This document shows positions 13,265 through 22,568 of a stretch of DNA of 64,000 nt, in pieces. Each line of letters starts with the position of its first letter. Position 1 is the first letter of the stretch. Under the pieces are notes generated by a model, which saw only the letters and a list, made by a program, of their open reading frames with translations, had not been told where the DNA came from and ran no database searches. This DNA comes from an uncultured Chitinophagaceae bacterium (GTDB lineage Bacteria > Bacteroidota > Ignavibacteria > UBA10030 > UBA8401): NCBI GenBank assembly GCA_964371615.1, contig CAYJMS010000003.1, positions 66,629 through 130,628 on the forward strand, written 5' to 3'. Both the position numbers and the translations under genes were made by a program.

Positions 13265-13513
13265 AATTGTCACACTGAGCGCCTGCCTGCCGGCAGGCCG
13301 TCTCCCAAAGGGATGCCTTTGGCAGAAGTGTGACAATTCATTATGAGTCATGCCTCGACTCCGCTCGGCATGACAATAAATTGAAGCCCTCTCAAAAATC
13401 CTAAATCGATGTCATTGCGAGACGTTTTTTGTCGAAGCAATCTCGTTTTTTAATATAATACTTTAGAAGATTGCTTCGGTCGTCTGTCGTTCGACAGACT
13501 CCCTCGCAATGAC
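13265..13513. repeat. composite REP cluster (three nested palindromic units)
   Basis: AATTGTCACAC...GTGTGACAATT (13265-13338), GTCATGCC..GGCATGAC (13347-13374), and the four-stem unit GTCATTGCGAG...CTCGCAATGAC (13411-13513). Confidence 0.85.
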
Positions 13514-13738
13514 CTTCTATTTTTGAGATATGTTCTAGTAATTCTTTATAGTGCTACTAATAATACTCACCGGCATTGTGAATTGCAACGAGGGCAACGA
13601 GAAACCGGTTTGTTGTAATCCTAAATGGATATTTTCATTATGATTGTCAATGAGGCATTCTGCAAACTACTACCTTCTCTCAACGGCATTTTCTATATTA
13701 ACAACCATCATCATGTCAATCTATTTTGGAGAAATTGT

Positions 13739-15148
13739 ATGAGAACCGTCGCACTGTTGTTCGTTGTACCATTCATTCTTTCCGCGCAATCCTTCGATCA
13801 ATACTTTGCCGATAAGACACTGCGGGTGGATTACTACCATACCGGATCGAAAGGAATGGAAATCTTTGCGCTCGATAAATGCTACGCCGAAGGAATCTGG
13901 CCCGGCAGCAAGTCGCAGTTGCTGGACAATCTGAATTTCGGCGAATATATGGTCCGCGTGTACGATGCTGCAAGCGCGCAATTGATCTACTCCCGAGGAC
14001 ATTCCGCCATCTTCAACGAATGGCAGTCCACCGACGAAGCAAATGCCGGCGTCGTGAAGACATTCCACGAAACGGTCCGCATTCCGTTCCCGAAGAATAA
14101 AGTGCAGGTAACAATCTCGCGCCGTGACAAGCAGATGATCTTCCGCGAACTCTTCTCGACGGTGATCGATCCGAACGATCCCGCACAGATCAATGGTCAA
14201 AAACGTACATCACAGTTTGCTTCCTCTAAGATCGTGGACAACGGCGCTCCCGAGAAAAAGGTCGATCTGTTGATCGTGGGAGACGGCTACTCGAAAGCGG
14301 AGATGAAAAAATTCCGCGACGATGCCAAACATTACAGCGATGTGTTGCTGAGTACATCGCCGTTCAAGGAACGGAAAAAAGATTTCAACATCTGGATCAT
14401 TGAAGTCGAATCAAAAGAAAGCGGCATCGACAAACCGAAATCGAACGAATGGAAAGGGAACGCTCTCGGTTCAATGTACGATTTCTTCGGTTCCGCCCGG
14501 TATGTGTTGACGGAAGAAAACAGAACGCTGCGCGACATTGCGGGACAGGTTCCGTACGACGCCATTGCGATACTCATCAACGACAACCGGTACGGCGGCG
14601 GGGGAATCTATAATCTTTATACTACCTGCTTTACAAAGTCCGACGCCAAAGGATTGGAATGGCAGATGGATTATGTCTTCGTCCACGAACTCGGCCATTC
14701 GTTCGGCGGGCTGGGAGATGAATATTACTCATCGTCCGTTGCGTACACCGATTTTTATCAGGCGGGCGTTGAACCGTGGGAACCGAACCTGACGGCGCAG
14801 ACCGACCGTGACAAACTGAAATGGAAATCGTTCGTCGAATCTTCCACTCCCATTCCCACACCGTGGAAAAAGAATGAATACGATTCTCTCGAAGCGCTCC
14901 GCGGAAAACTCGACCGACTGGCAAAAGATTATTACGAAAAGCGGGAGCCGCTCTACAAAGCGACGCAGGAGATCGTCAAGAATGCTCAATACAAAGACAA
15001 GGTCGGCACATTTGAAGGGGGCGGTTACGTATCCAAAGGAATCTATCGTCCCGCGGTCGATTGCAGGATGTTCTCTCTCAGTCTCGTCGGATTCGATCCG
15101 GTCTGCAGCGCGGCTATTGAACGGGTGATTGATTCGTACGTGAAGTAG
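13739..15148 (+). CDS. M64 family (IgA-peptidase-like) zinc metallopeptidase
   Basis: Track ORF 13625-15148 trimmed to ATG 13739 (MRTVALLFVVPFILSAQ signal peptide). HExxH block VHELGHSFGGLGDEY. Confidence 0.8.
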   Translation: MRTVALLFVVPFILSAQSFDQYFADKTLRVDYYHTGSKGMEIFALDKCYAEGIWPGSKSQLLDNLNFGEYMVRVYDAASAQLIYSRGHSAIFNEWQSTDEANAGVVKTFHETVRIPFPKNKVQVTISRRDKQMIFRELFSTVIDPNDPAQINGQKRTSQFASSKIVDNGAPEKKVDLLIVGDGYSKAEMKKFRDDAKHYSDVLLSTSPFKERKKDFNIWIIEVESKESGIDKPKSNEWKGNALGSMYDFFGSARYVLTEENRTLRDIAGQVPYDAIAILINDNRYGGGGIYNLYTTCFTKSDAKGLEWQMDYVFVHELGHSFGGLGDEYYSSSVAYTDFYQAGVEPWEPNLTAQTDRDKLKWKSFVESSTPIPTPWKKNEYDSLEALRGKLDRLAKDYYEKREPLYKATQEIVKNAQYKDKVGTFEGGGYVSKGIYRPAVDCRMFSLSLVGFDPVCSAAIERVIDSYVK

Positions 15149-15160
15149 AATAAAAGAATT

Positions 15161-15193
15161 TTAATAACCACCAAATCACCAAGGCACCAAATA
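15161..15193 (+). repeat. 33-34-bp repeat TTAATAACCACCAAATCACCAAGxCACCAAA(A)TA, copy 1
   Basis: Near-identical copy at 17646-17679. Both sit just 3' of a + strand gene stop. Confidence 0.8.
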
Positions 15194-15199
15194 TATGTA

Positions 15200-15230
15200 G
15201 GGACGGTCGGAAGACCGTCCCATTTTTTTT
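15200..15230 (+). terminator. Rho-independent terminator built from a GTAGGGAC-type REP variant
   Basis: GGGACGGTC-ggaa-GACCGTCCC followed by ATTTTTTTT, 52 nt after the M64 peptidase stop. Preceded by TGTA, so it reads TGTAGGGACGG like the 11137 palindrome. Confidence 0.75.
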
Positions 15231-15582
15231 AGCAAAGCAAATTTAGAGCTGCTACAAGAATCTACCCCCCTTCGACTCCACCGCAAAAAAACGCGGTGTC
15301 GCTCAGGGTGACCAAAATTATATTTTGTTCATCCCGAGCGAGGCCATCGTTTCAATATGCCGAGTCGAGGGATCACAATTTCACAATGTATAAATTCCGC
15401 AATTAATTGTGGCGCACCAGGCGCCACAACGCTGCACAATTGGATTTCTCTCCCATTTTCCGTATTTTGGAGTGCATGTTGTCCCCCAACAATCATATCG
15501 GCTTTCACTTCTAACTTCGCACACCCGCTGCGGCTGTATTTCATTTTAAACACGAAATTTTCATCGCTTTTATTCCATTATT

Positions 15583-17190
15583 ATGAGCATTCTTAAAGAA
15601 ATTCAAAAAAGAAAAACCTTTGCCATTATCAGCCACCCGGACGCCGGTAAAACGACTCTAACGGAAAAACTGCTGCTGTACAGCGGCGCGATCCACATTG
15701 CCGGTGCGGTAAAATCCAATAAGATCAAAAAATCCGCAGCGTCGGACTTTATGGAGATCGAAAAGCAGCGCGGCATTTCGGTGGCGACCTCCGTCCTTTC
15801 TTTTGATTACAACAATCATAAGATCAATCTTCTCGACACACCCGGCCACAAAGATTTCGCCGAGGATACTTATCGTACTCTGACGGCAGTGGATAGCGTG
15901 ATTCTGGTGATCGACTCCGTGAAAGGAGTCGAAGAGCAGACCGAAAAACTGATGGGTGTCTGCAGGATGCGGAACACTCCCGTGATTATCTTCATCAACA
16001 AAATGGACCGCGAAGGAAGGCCGCCGATCGAGTTGCTGGATGAGATCGAAGAGAAACTGAGCATCCGCGTCCGTCCGCTGAGCTGGCCGCTGGGAATGGG
16101 TTCATCGTTTAAGGGAGTGTACAATCTCTATAAGAACAGTTTCATTTTCTTCAAGCCGAGCAAGCAGACGATTGAAGAGGATGTGCAGACATTTCAAGGA
16201 GTGAACGATCCGGAACTGGAGGCGATGTTCGGCAAAGATGCGCGAACATTGCGACACGACGTGGAACTGATCAACGGTGTGTATGACGAATTCACCGTCG
16301 CATCGTACCTTAACGGCAACGTTGCTCCCGTCTTCTTCGGCAGCGCGCTGAACAACTTCGGCGTGCAGGAACTGCTCAACACGTTCGTGGAAATCGCCCC
16401 GGGTCCGCGCAAGCGGCCCACCACGCAGGGAGACATTGAACCGCAACACAAACGATTCAGCGGATTCGTTTTCAAGATCCACGCCAACCTCGATCCGAAA
16501 CACCGCGACCGTATCGCTTTTCTTCGGGTCTGCTCGGGAAAATTCGAGCGCAATACATTTTATCATCACGTGCGGCTGAACCGCGACATGAAGTTTCCCA
16601 ATCCGGCAAGTTTCATGGCGGCAACAAAAAGCCTGCTCGAAGTAGCATATCCCGGCGATGTGATCGGATTGTACGACTCCGGCACGTTTGCCATCGGCGA
16701 CACGCTGACCGACGGCGAAGGATTCATGTATAAAGGGATCCCGCGCTTCTCGCCGGAAGTGTTTAAAGAACTCCGCAATCTCGATCCGTTCAAAACCAAG
16801 CAATTGGAAAAGGGAATCTCGCAATTGACCGACGAGGGACTCGCGCAACTGTTCACGCAAAAGTTCAGCAATAAAAAGGTGATTGGCGTAGTGGGAGAAC
16901 TGCAGTTCGACGTTTTAAAATACCGGTTGCTGCATGAGTTCGGCGCCAGTTGCGATTTTGTGCCGATCACCGCCCATAAAGCGGTCTGGGTGCAGTACGA
17001 CGATCCGAAAGATGCGGAAGAACTGTTCTATATCCGCGCAAATTTTCTCTACTACGACAAGAACAGTAACCTTGTCTATCTTGCGGAGTCGGAATACTCG
17101 TTACGCATGGCGCAGCAGAAAAATCCGAAAGTGCGATTCTTGCTTAGCGTTGAACATAATGACCAGACCATAGAAATGGAGAATGCCTGA
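15583..17190 (+). CDS. prfC: peptide chain release factor 3
   Basis: 535 aa. GTPase G1 [32 protein letters not shown]; RF3-typical length. Confidence 0.95.
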   Translation: MSILKEIQKRKTFAIISHPDAGKTTLTEKLLLYSGAIHIAGAVKSNKIKKSAASDFMEIEKQRGISVATSVLSFDYNNHKINLLDTPGHKDFAEDTYRTLTAVDSVILVIDSVKGVEEQTEKLMGVCRMRNTPVIIFINKMDREGRPPIELLDEIEEKLSIRVRPLSWPLGMGSSFKGVYNLYKNSFIFFKPSKQTIEEDVQTFQGVNDPELEAMFGKDARTLRHDVELINGVYDEFTVASYLNGNVAPVFFGSALNNFGVQELLNTFVEIAPGPRKRPTTQGDIEPQHKRFSGFVFKIHANLDPKHRDRIAFLRVCSGKFERNTFYHHVRLNRDMKFPNPASFMAATKSLLEVAYPGDVIGLYDSGTFAIGDTLTDGEGFMYKGIPRFSPEVFKELRNLDPFKTKQLEKGISQLTDEGLAQLFTQKFSNKKVIGVVGELQFDVLKYRLLHEFGASCDFVPITAHKAVWVQYDDPKDAEELFYIRANFLYYDKNSNLVYLAESEYSLRMAQQKNPKVRFLLSVEHNDQTIEMENA

Positions 17191-17577
17191 GTGATCAGTA
17201 AAGTTATCCTCACCGCGGCAGCGATCGTGTATGGAATTCATGGCATTGCATTACTCTTTGCATCCGACATCACTGCGGGATTGTTCGAAATTACTCTGAC
17301 CAAAGAAATGACATTTGCCGCACAGTTTTTTGCCGGAGCGCTGCTCGGCATGGCGGTTCTTAATTGGTACAACCACGCATCAATCGTGGGGGGAATTTAC
17401 GGCCGTCCGGTGGTGATGATGAATCTGATGTACGGATTGATCGCTTTCCTTTCCGGCGCGCGCGGGGCGATGGATGGATATTTCAATGGTTTGTTCTGGA
17501 TCGAAGTTGTTCTTCATGGGCTTTTAACCTTTTCGTTTGCACTTCTGATGTACCTCCCGCCTAATACGCGTAAATGA
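17191..17577 (+). CDS. small integral membrane protein, unknown function
   Basis: 128 aa, four hydrophobic segments. GTG start immediately after the prfC stop. Confidence 0.5.
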   Translation: MISKVILTAAAIVYGIHGIALLFASDITAGLFEITLTKEMTFAAQFFAGALLGMAVLNWYNHASIVGGIYGRPVVMMNLMYGLIAFLSGARGAMDGYFNGLFWIEVVLHGLLTFSFALLMYLPPNTRK

Positions 17578-17578
17578 T

Positions 17579-17605
17579 GTCTGACGATGCTTTTCATCGT
17601 CTGAC
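17579..17605. repeat. GTCTGAC/GTCAGAC repeat family unit
   Basis: GTCTGACGATGCTTTTCATCGTCTGAC. Related units at 31708-31739, 31763-31782 and 38733-38873. Confidence 0.7.
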
Positions 17606-17645
17606 ATCTCATAGCAGAAAAACATCTACCACAAAATCACAATAC

Positions 17646-17679
17646 TTAATAACCACCAAATCACCAAGACACCAAAATA
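17646..17679 (+). repeat. 34-bp CACCAAATCACC repeat, copy 2
   Basis: Matches 15161-15193 except for 1 substitution and 1 extra A. Confidence 0.8.
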
Positions 17680-17834
17680 GTTTTCCGCCTGCGGCGGGCA
17701 CCAAAAAGCAAAAATAATCTGCCATAAAATCACAAAATCTAAAAATCATAAATTGAATACGTTATCTGCGACGCAATATGGTTTCCCGCAGATCTCGCAG
17801 ATTGGCACAGATGTAAAAGCATTTTAAATATTAT

Positions 17835-17867
17835 AGACTTGTCAAATCTCAAAGATTTGATAAGTCT
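17835..17867. repeat. palindrome family P-A, copy 2
   Basis: AGACTTGTCAAATCT-caa-AGATTTGATAAGTCT (one arm mismatch). Confidence 0.85.
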
Positions 17868-17891
17868 ACCTTCTTTGTCCGTGCACAGACT

Positions 17892-17915
17892 CCCTTTTTC
17901 TTTAAGAAAACGGGG
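17892..17915. repeat. palindrome family P-B (CCCCGTTTTCTTTAAGAAAACGGGG type), copy 1
   Basis: CCCTTTTTCTTTAAGAAAACGGGG, a degenerate copy of the 19198 and 56410 units. Confidence 0.7.
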
Positions 17916-17928
17916 ATCTCTCCTAACC

Positions 17929-17971
17929 GCCATCCGATTGCTCACAGCAATCGGATGGCTTTGTTATTTTT
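17929..17971 (+). terminator. strong Rho-independent terminator at the end of a REP-filled spacer
   Basis: 13-bp perfect stem GCCATCCGATTGC-tcaca-GCAATCGGATGGC followed by TTTGTTATTTTT. About 350 nt after the nearest upstream + gene. Confidence 0.7.
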
Positions 17972-18016
17972 GTTGATTCTGGACTTTCTTATTCAGAACA
18001 TTCACTTCAACAAGAA

Positions 18017-19078
18017 ATGACAAAAAAGTTTTCCATACTGCTCACCTCTATACTCTTATTCTCTTTTCTGCAGATGGATTGTAAGGATGATCCACCGGTG
18101 GTACATCCTCCATCGAAAAATATGCGCAAGTTAACATGGACAATTGATACAATTTCGTATGAAATTGGTACGCAAACCTTGCTATATAAAATTTGGGGAA
18201 CTTCGCCACAGGATGTTTACGCTAGCGGATTTAATGGCAGCGGATGGGGAGAATTATACCATTTCGATGGTGAAAGTTGGTCGGTTGTGATTCATGGACA
18301 TAAATCAATAGATGTGGGTCAGGTGTTTGGATTTGCTTCAAACGATGTGTGGCTGGTAGGAGGTTACTTTTACATAAATCCTTCTCCTCCGCCCAACTTT
18401 TTAGACTCAAGTGTGATATTACATTTTGATGGACAACAATGGAATGAAATACCAATCCAACGCACAGAAGGACTTACTTCTATTTGGGGAGATCAATCAA
18501 ATCAACTAATTGCAGGAGGAAAACATGGCGCCCTTTTGCGATATGTCAACGGCATATGGCAAAGTACGTATATAGATAAAAGACTCACCTTTTTGGATTT
18601 TACCGGAATTGATAATAGCATATATGCATTAGCATACATAGCAGCACCGGAAACAGAAGGAAATATCGGTAAAGCATTTATATTGAAACAGCAAGACACA
18701 AACTTCATCATAATTGATTCGATCACAACAATTAATGATTGGGCAAATCCAAAATTTGGCGAATACGCCATTCAGACGATCGGAAAAAAGTTGTATAGCA
18801 CTGGTTCTGGAGTTTTTGAAAGTCTCGATGGCATTACATGGAAAAAATGTCTTGAAACTTATCCGAATAATATTTTTGGAATATTCGGCACAAATGGAAA
18901 TAACATTTTTGCATGTGGGAGCGGGAACACACTTTATCACTGGAATGGTACAGATTGGGTATCTCTTGAGATTCCGGGAGATCCTTCGCTACCGTTATAC
19001 GGCGTTTGGTGCGATGACAATGAAGTTTTTGTAATTGGTGAAGACGGACACAGAAGTTACGTTATCCACGGTAAATAG
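18017..19078 (+). CDS. hypothetical secreted/lipoprotein with beta-propeller-like repeats
   Basis: 353 aa. Signal peptide ending in C (LQMDC). Repeated motifs (DVYASG, DVWLVGG, LIAGGKHGALLRY, NIFACGSGNTLYHWNG, VFVIGEDG). Lower G+C than neighbours. Confidence 0.6.
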   Translation: MTKKFSILLTSILLFSFLQMDCKDDPPVVHPPSKNMRKLTWTIDTISYEIGTQTLLYKIWGTSPQDVYASGFNGSGWGELYHFDGESWSVVIHGHKSIDVGQVFGFASNDVWLVGGYFYINPSPPPNFLDSSVILHFDGQQWNEIPIQRTEGLTSIWGDQSNQLIAGGKHGALLRYVNGIWQSTYIDKRLTFLDFTGIDNSIYALAYIAAPETEGNIGKAFILKQQDTNFIIIDSITTINDWANPKFGEYAIQTIGKKLYSTGSGVFESLDGITWKKCLETYPNNIFGIFGTNGNNIFACGSGNTLYHWNGTDWVSLEIPGDPSLPLYGVWCDDNEVFVIGEDGHRSYVIHGK

Positions 19079-19197
19079 TGGGGAAATGGATCTATTCCAC
19101 AGATGTAATCGGTTATTAAAGAAATAAAAAAACATGCGAGCATGATGTAATTTCTTATCTCGTTTTCAACATCTCATCGAAAATACCGAATTTTTCA

Positions 19198-19228
19198 GAT
19201 CCCCGTTTTCTTTAAGAAAACGGAGATC
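19198..19228. repeat. palindrome family P-B, copy 2
   Basis: GATCCCCGTTTTCTTTAAGAAAACGGAGATC. Confidence 0.8.
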
Positions 19229-19308
19229 AGTCAAAAAAGACTCCCCTTCTCTCCCATCGAAAAATCCCTTACATTCCATGGTCAATCAATCGCAAAAGGA
19301 TTCTCCAC

Positions 19309-21459
19309 ATGAAATTGCTCTCGGTTTTTCTCATCTGTTTCTTGATTACAAACATGTCATTCTCACAAACCATACAGTCGCCGAACAAACGGCTTGCACT
19401 CACGTTCTCCCTTGCGCAGGACGGAACACCAACGTATCAATTGAATTTTGGAAAGAAGAATGTGATCAATCCCAGCACCATGGGATTGGAATTAAAGAAT
19501 GCTTCATCTCTATTAAATGGATTCACCGTGGCGAAAGTCGAATCGTCGCTGGTCGATGAATCGTGGGAACCGGTGTGGGGCGAACTCAAAACGATCCGGA
19601 ACAATTACCGCGAACTGAAAGTGACGCTGCAACAGCAATCGGAACTGCCGCGTACCATGGTCGTCACATTCCGCCTGTTCGACGAGGGACTTGGATTCCG
19701 GTACGAATTTCCGAAACAGGATCATCTGAATTATTTCGTCGTGGCAAACGAGCGGACCGAATTCCGTCTTACCGGCAATCACAAAGCGTTTTGGATACCC
19801 GGCGATTTCGACACAAACGAATACGCGTATCACGAAACGAACCTGAGCGATGTGGACGCCACCACCGGAATGAACGCGGGCGAGATCGCCACGCGCACGG
19901 TGATCGGCAAGGATTTCGTCCAGACGCCGCTGATGATGATATCGTCAGACGGACTCTATATCAATATCTTCGAAGCGGCGCTGGTAAACTATCCCGCCAT
20001 GTGCGTAAAGATCGACAAATCTTCATTCACCCTTACATCAACAATCGCTCCGGACGCGGTCGGCAACAAGGCGTACTTGCAGACTCCAGCAAAGACTCCC
20101 TGGCGAACCGTGATGGTGAGCGACAAAGCGGCCGATCTGCTCGCATCAAAGATGATCCTGAACCTGAATGAACCGTCGAAAATCGCGGACGTTTCGTGGA
20201 TCAAGCCGCAGAAGTATATCGGCATCTGGTGGGAGCTGCACGTCGGCAAGACATCGTGGAACTACGCCGACACAAACAATCTGAAACTGGCGGAGACAAA
20301 CTGGAACTCGTTGAAACCGAACGGCCGCCACGGCGCAACGACGGAGCGGACAAAATTCTACATCGATTTCGCGGCAAAACATGGCTTCGACGGCGTACTT
20401 GTGGAGGGATGGAACGTCGGCTGGGAAGACTGGTTCGGGCAATGGAAGGAAGAGGTATTCGATTTCGTCACGCCGTATCCCGACTTCGACGTCGCTGCGC
20501 TGCAGAAGTATGCGGAAGAAAAAGGGGTGAAGATGATTATGCACCACGAAACGTCCTCGTCAGTCACCAACTACGAACGGCGCATGGATGAGGCATTCAG
20601 TTTTATGAAGAAGCATGGTTACAACACCGTCAAAACCGGCTACGTCGGCAAGATCATTCCCCGCGGCGAATATCACGACGGGCAATGGATGGTGGATCAT
20701 TATGTCCGTGTGGCGGAGAAATCGGCGAAGTACGGCATTATGATCAACTCTCACGAATCGGTCCGTCCCACCGGCCTTTCCCGCACGTATCCCAACTGGT
20801 TAGCATGCGAAGCGGCGCGGGGGAACGAATTCAATGCGTGGAGCAACGGAAATCCCCCCGCCCACGAAACCATTCTCCCCTTCACACGGTTGCTCGGCGG
20901 CCCGATGGATTACACGCCGGGAATTTTCCAGATCACGATGGATTATTACGGCAAAACGAATAAGGAACAGGTCCATACGACACTGGTGAAACAAATGGCG
21001 CTCTATGTGACGATGTACAGTCCCCTGCACATGGCGGCAGACCTGCCGGAAAATTATGAGCGGTTCCCCGACGCATTTCAGTTCATCAAGGATGTGGCGA
21101 TGGACTGGGACGATTCGAAGTACATAGAGGCGGAACCGGGAGACTACGTCACCGTCGTGCGGAAAGCAAAGAATAGAAACAATGAATGGTTTCTCGGAGC
21201 GATCACGGACGAGAATTCCAGAAAGAGTTCTGTTGCGCTGAACTTTCTCGACCCGAAGCAGAAGTATGTTGCAACGATCTACGCCGATGCCGCCGACGCG
21301 CATTATGAGAATAATCCGATGGCATATACGATCGAGAAGTTTATCGTCAGCAGCAAGACCGTATTAAAATTGCAGCTCGCCCCCGGCGGCGGCGCTGCAG
21401 TGAGCATCACCCCGGCAACGAAAGAGGATGAGAATAAATTAAAAATATATAAAAAATAG
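19309..21459 (+). CDS. glycoside hydrolase family 97 (alpha-glucosidase, SusB-like)
   Basis: 716 aa with signal peptide. GH97-typical blocks including VLVEGWNVGWEDWFG and NSHESVRPTG. Confidence 0.8.
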   Translation: MKLLSVFLICFLITNMSFSQTIQSPNKRLALTFSLAQDGTPTYQLNFGKKNVINPSTMGLELKNASSLLNGFTVAKVESSLVDESWEPVWGELKTIRNNYRELKVTLQQQSELPRTMVVTFRLFDEGLGFRYEFPKQDHLNYFVVANERTEFRLTGNHKAFWIPGDFDTNEYAYHETNLSDVDATTGMNAGEIATRTVIGKDFVQTPLMMISSDGLYINIFEAALVNYPAMCVKIDKSSFTLTSTIAPDAVGNKAYLQTPAKTPWRTVMVSDKAADLLASKMILNLNEPSKIADVSWIKPQKYIGIWWELHVGKTSWNYADTNNLKLAETNWNSLKPNGRHGATTERTKFYIDFAAKHGFDGVLVEGWNVGWEDWFGQWKEEVFDFVTPYPDFDVAALQKYAEEKGVKMIMHHETSSSVTNYERRMDEAFSFMKKHGYNTVKTGYVGKIIPRGEYHDGQWMVDHYVRVAEKSAKYGIMINSHESVRPTGLSRTYPNWLACEAARGNEFNAWSNGNPPAHETILPFTRLLGGPMDYTPGIFQITMDYYGKTNKEQVHTTLVKQMALYVTMYSPLHMAADLPENYERFPDAFQFIKDVAMDWDDSKYIEAEPGDYVTVVRKAKNRNNEWFLGAITDENSRKSSVALNFLDPKQKYVATIYADAADAHYENNPMAYTIEKFIVSSKTVLKLQLAPGGGAAVSITPATKEDENKLKIYKK

Positions 21460-21470
21460 TTCGTACGGTT

Positions 21471-21790
21471 AAAAGCATTACCGCAAAGATCGCGAAGAAA
21501 GAGCGTACGCAAAGTTCGCAAAGAAGACATTCTGCGTACATCTGTGTGATTCGCGGGAAATTCGATTGATATTGTTCATCCTTCGACTCGGCATAATGAG
21601 TCGCCTGCCTCGCTCAGGATGAACATCGCTAAGATCTGAATTATATTTTCTATGATCATCCTGAGCAAGTCCCGCAGGGACGCGTCGAAGGATGCCCGTT
21701 GATAAAAGCATAACCGCAAAGGACGCAAAGGAAAGGCGTTATGCAAAGTTCGCAAAGGAGACGTATTGCATCGGTCTGCGGAAAAACCAG
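21471..21790. repeat. composite repeat: about 85-90-nt direct repeat (21471-21560, 21704-21790) flanking hairpin 21574-21624
   Basis: AAAAGCATxACCGCAAAG...GCAAAGTTCGCAAAG copies are about 80 percent identical by eye. The central hairpin is GTTCATCC...GGATGAAC. Confidence 0.75.
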
Positions 21791-21846
21791 TATTCCGTCT
21801 TCTGTCTTCAGTATTCTGTCTTCTTATAATAAAACTCTATTCAACC

Positions 21847-22467
21847 ATGAAAACATTTCGAATTCACATCATTTTTTCTATCGTATCAATTCTTCTTTTC
21901 TCCTCATGCAACAAGAATTTTACTCCTGAACAACAGGAATACATCGCCTCGGTCGAAAAATCGCGTCGGGAAAAAGACGAGTGGATGAAATCCGATTCCC
22001 TCTCTCCTTTCACACGAGACACCACTGCGCATTTCTCGCCGTTGAAGTACTATCCGGTGAATCCCGACTATGTTTTTCACAGCAAACTCTTTCATTATTC
22101 GCAGCAGGATACGGTCACCATTTTCGGCACAAAGGGTGAAGAGCGCCGGGTGGTCCGCTACGGCTATGTTCTGTGGAATCATGAAGGAACCGATATTGCC
22201 ATTACCGTTTATAAAGGTACAAGCAAAAAAGGAGTCGAGTACTACAGCATCTGGTTTACAGACAAAACCACCGGTAAAGAAACGTACGGCGTCGGCAGAT
22301 ATCTCGATTTTTTCTACAACCCGGATAATGATTTCATCTATACCGTCGATTTTAATCTTGCCTACAGTCCGTATTGTTCATACAGCACACTGTATTCCTG
22401 TGCAATCCCCGCAAAAGAAGATTATATTGACGTTGCGATCGAAGCCGGGGAAAAAGCATTTCATTAG
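21847..22467 (+). CDS. DUF1684 family protein
   Basis: Track ORF trimmed to ATG 21847 (MKTFRIHIIFSIVSILLFSSC). Blocks TYGVGRYLDF and DFNLAYSPYC...AIPAKEDYIDVAIEAGEKAF. Confidence 0.7.
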   Translation: MKTFRIHIIFSIVSILLFSSCNKNFTPEQQEYIASVEKSRREKDEWMKSDSLSPFTRDTTAHFSPLKYYPVNPDYVFHSKLFHYSQQDTVTIFGTKGEERRVVRYGYVLWNHEGTDIAITVYKGTSKKGVEYYSIWFTDKTTGKETYGVGRYLDFFYNPDNDFIYTVDFNLAYSPYCSYSTLYSCAIPAKEDYIDVAIEAGEKAFH

Positions 22468-22568
22468 AGAAATACACCACGGAGATCACGGAGGACACGG
22501 AGAGGTGTGGCGATGGATTTGATTTATTTTATGATTTGGTGATTTGTTAGTAGAAGGAACATCTTTCA

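Noticed and set aside
15350-15582. Candidate structured ncRNA upstream of prfC (hairpin TTGTGGCGC-accag-GCGCCACAA and repeated CACAAT motifs).
   Set aside because: Only one clear hairpin, no terminator, and no similarity that I can recall to 6S, SRP, tmRNA or RNase P. Evidence is insufficient.
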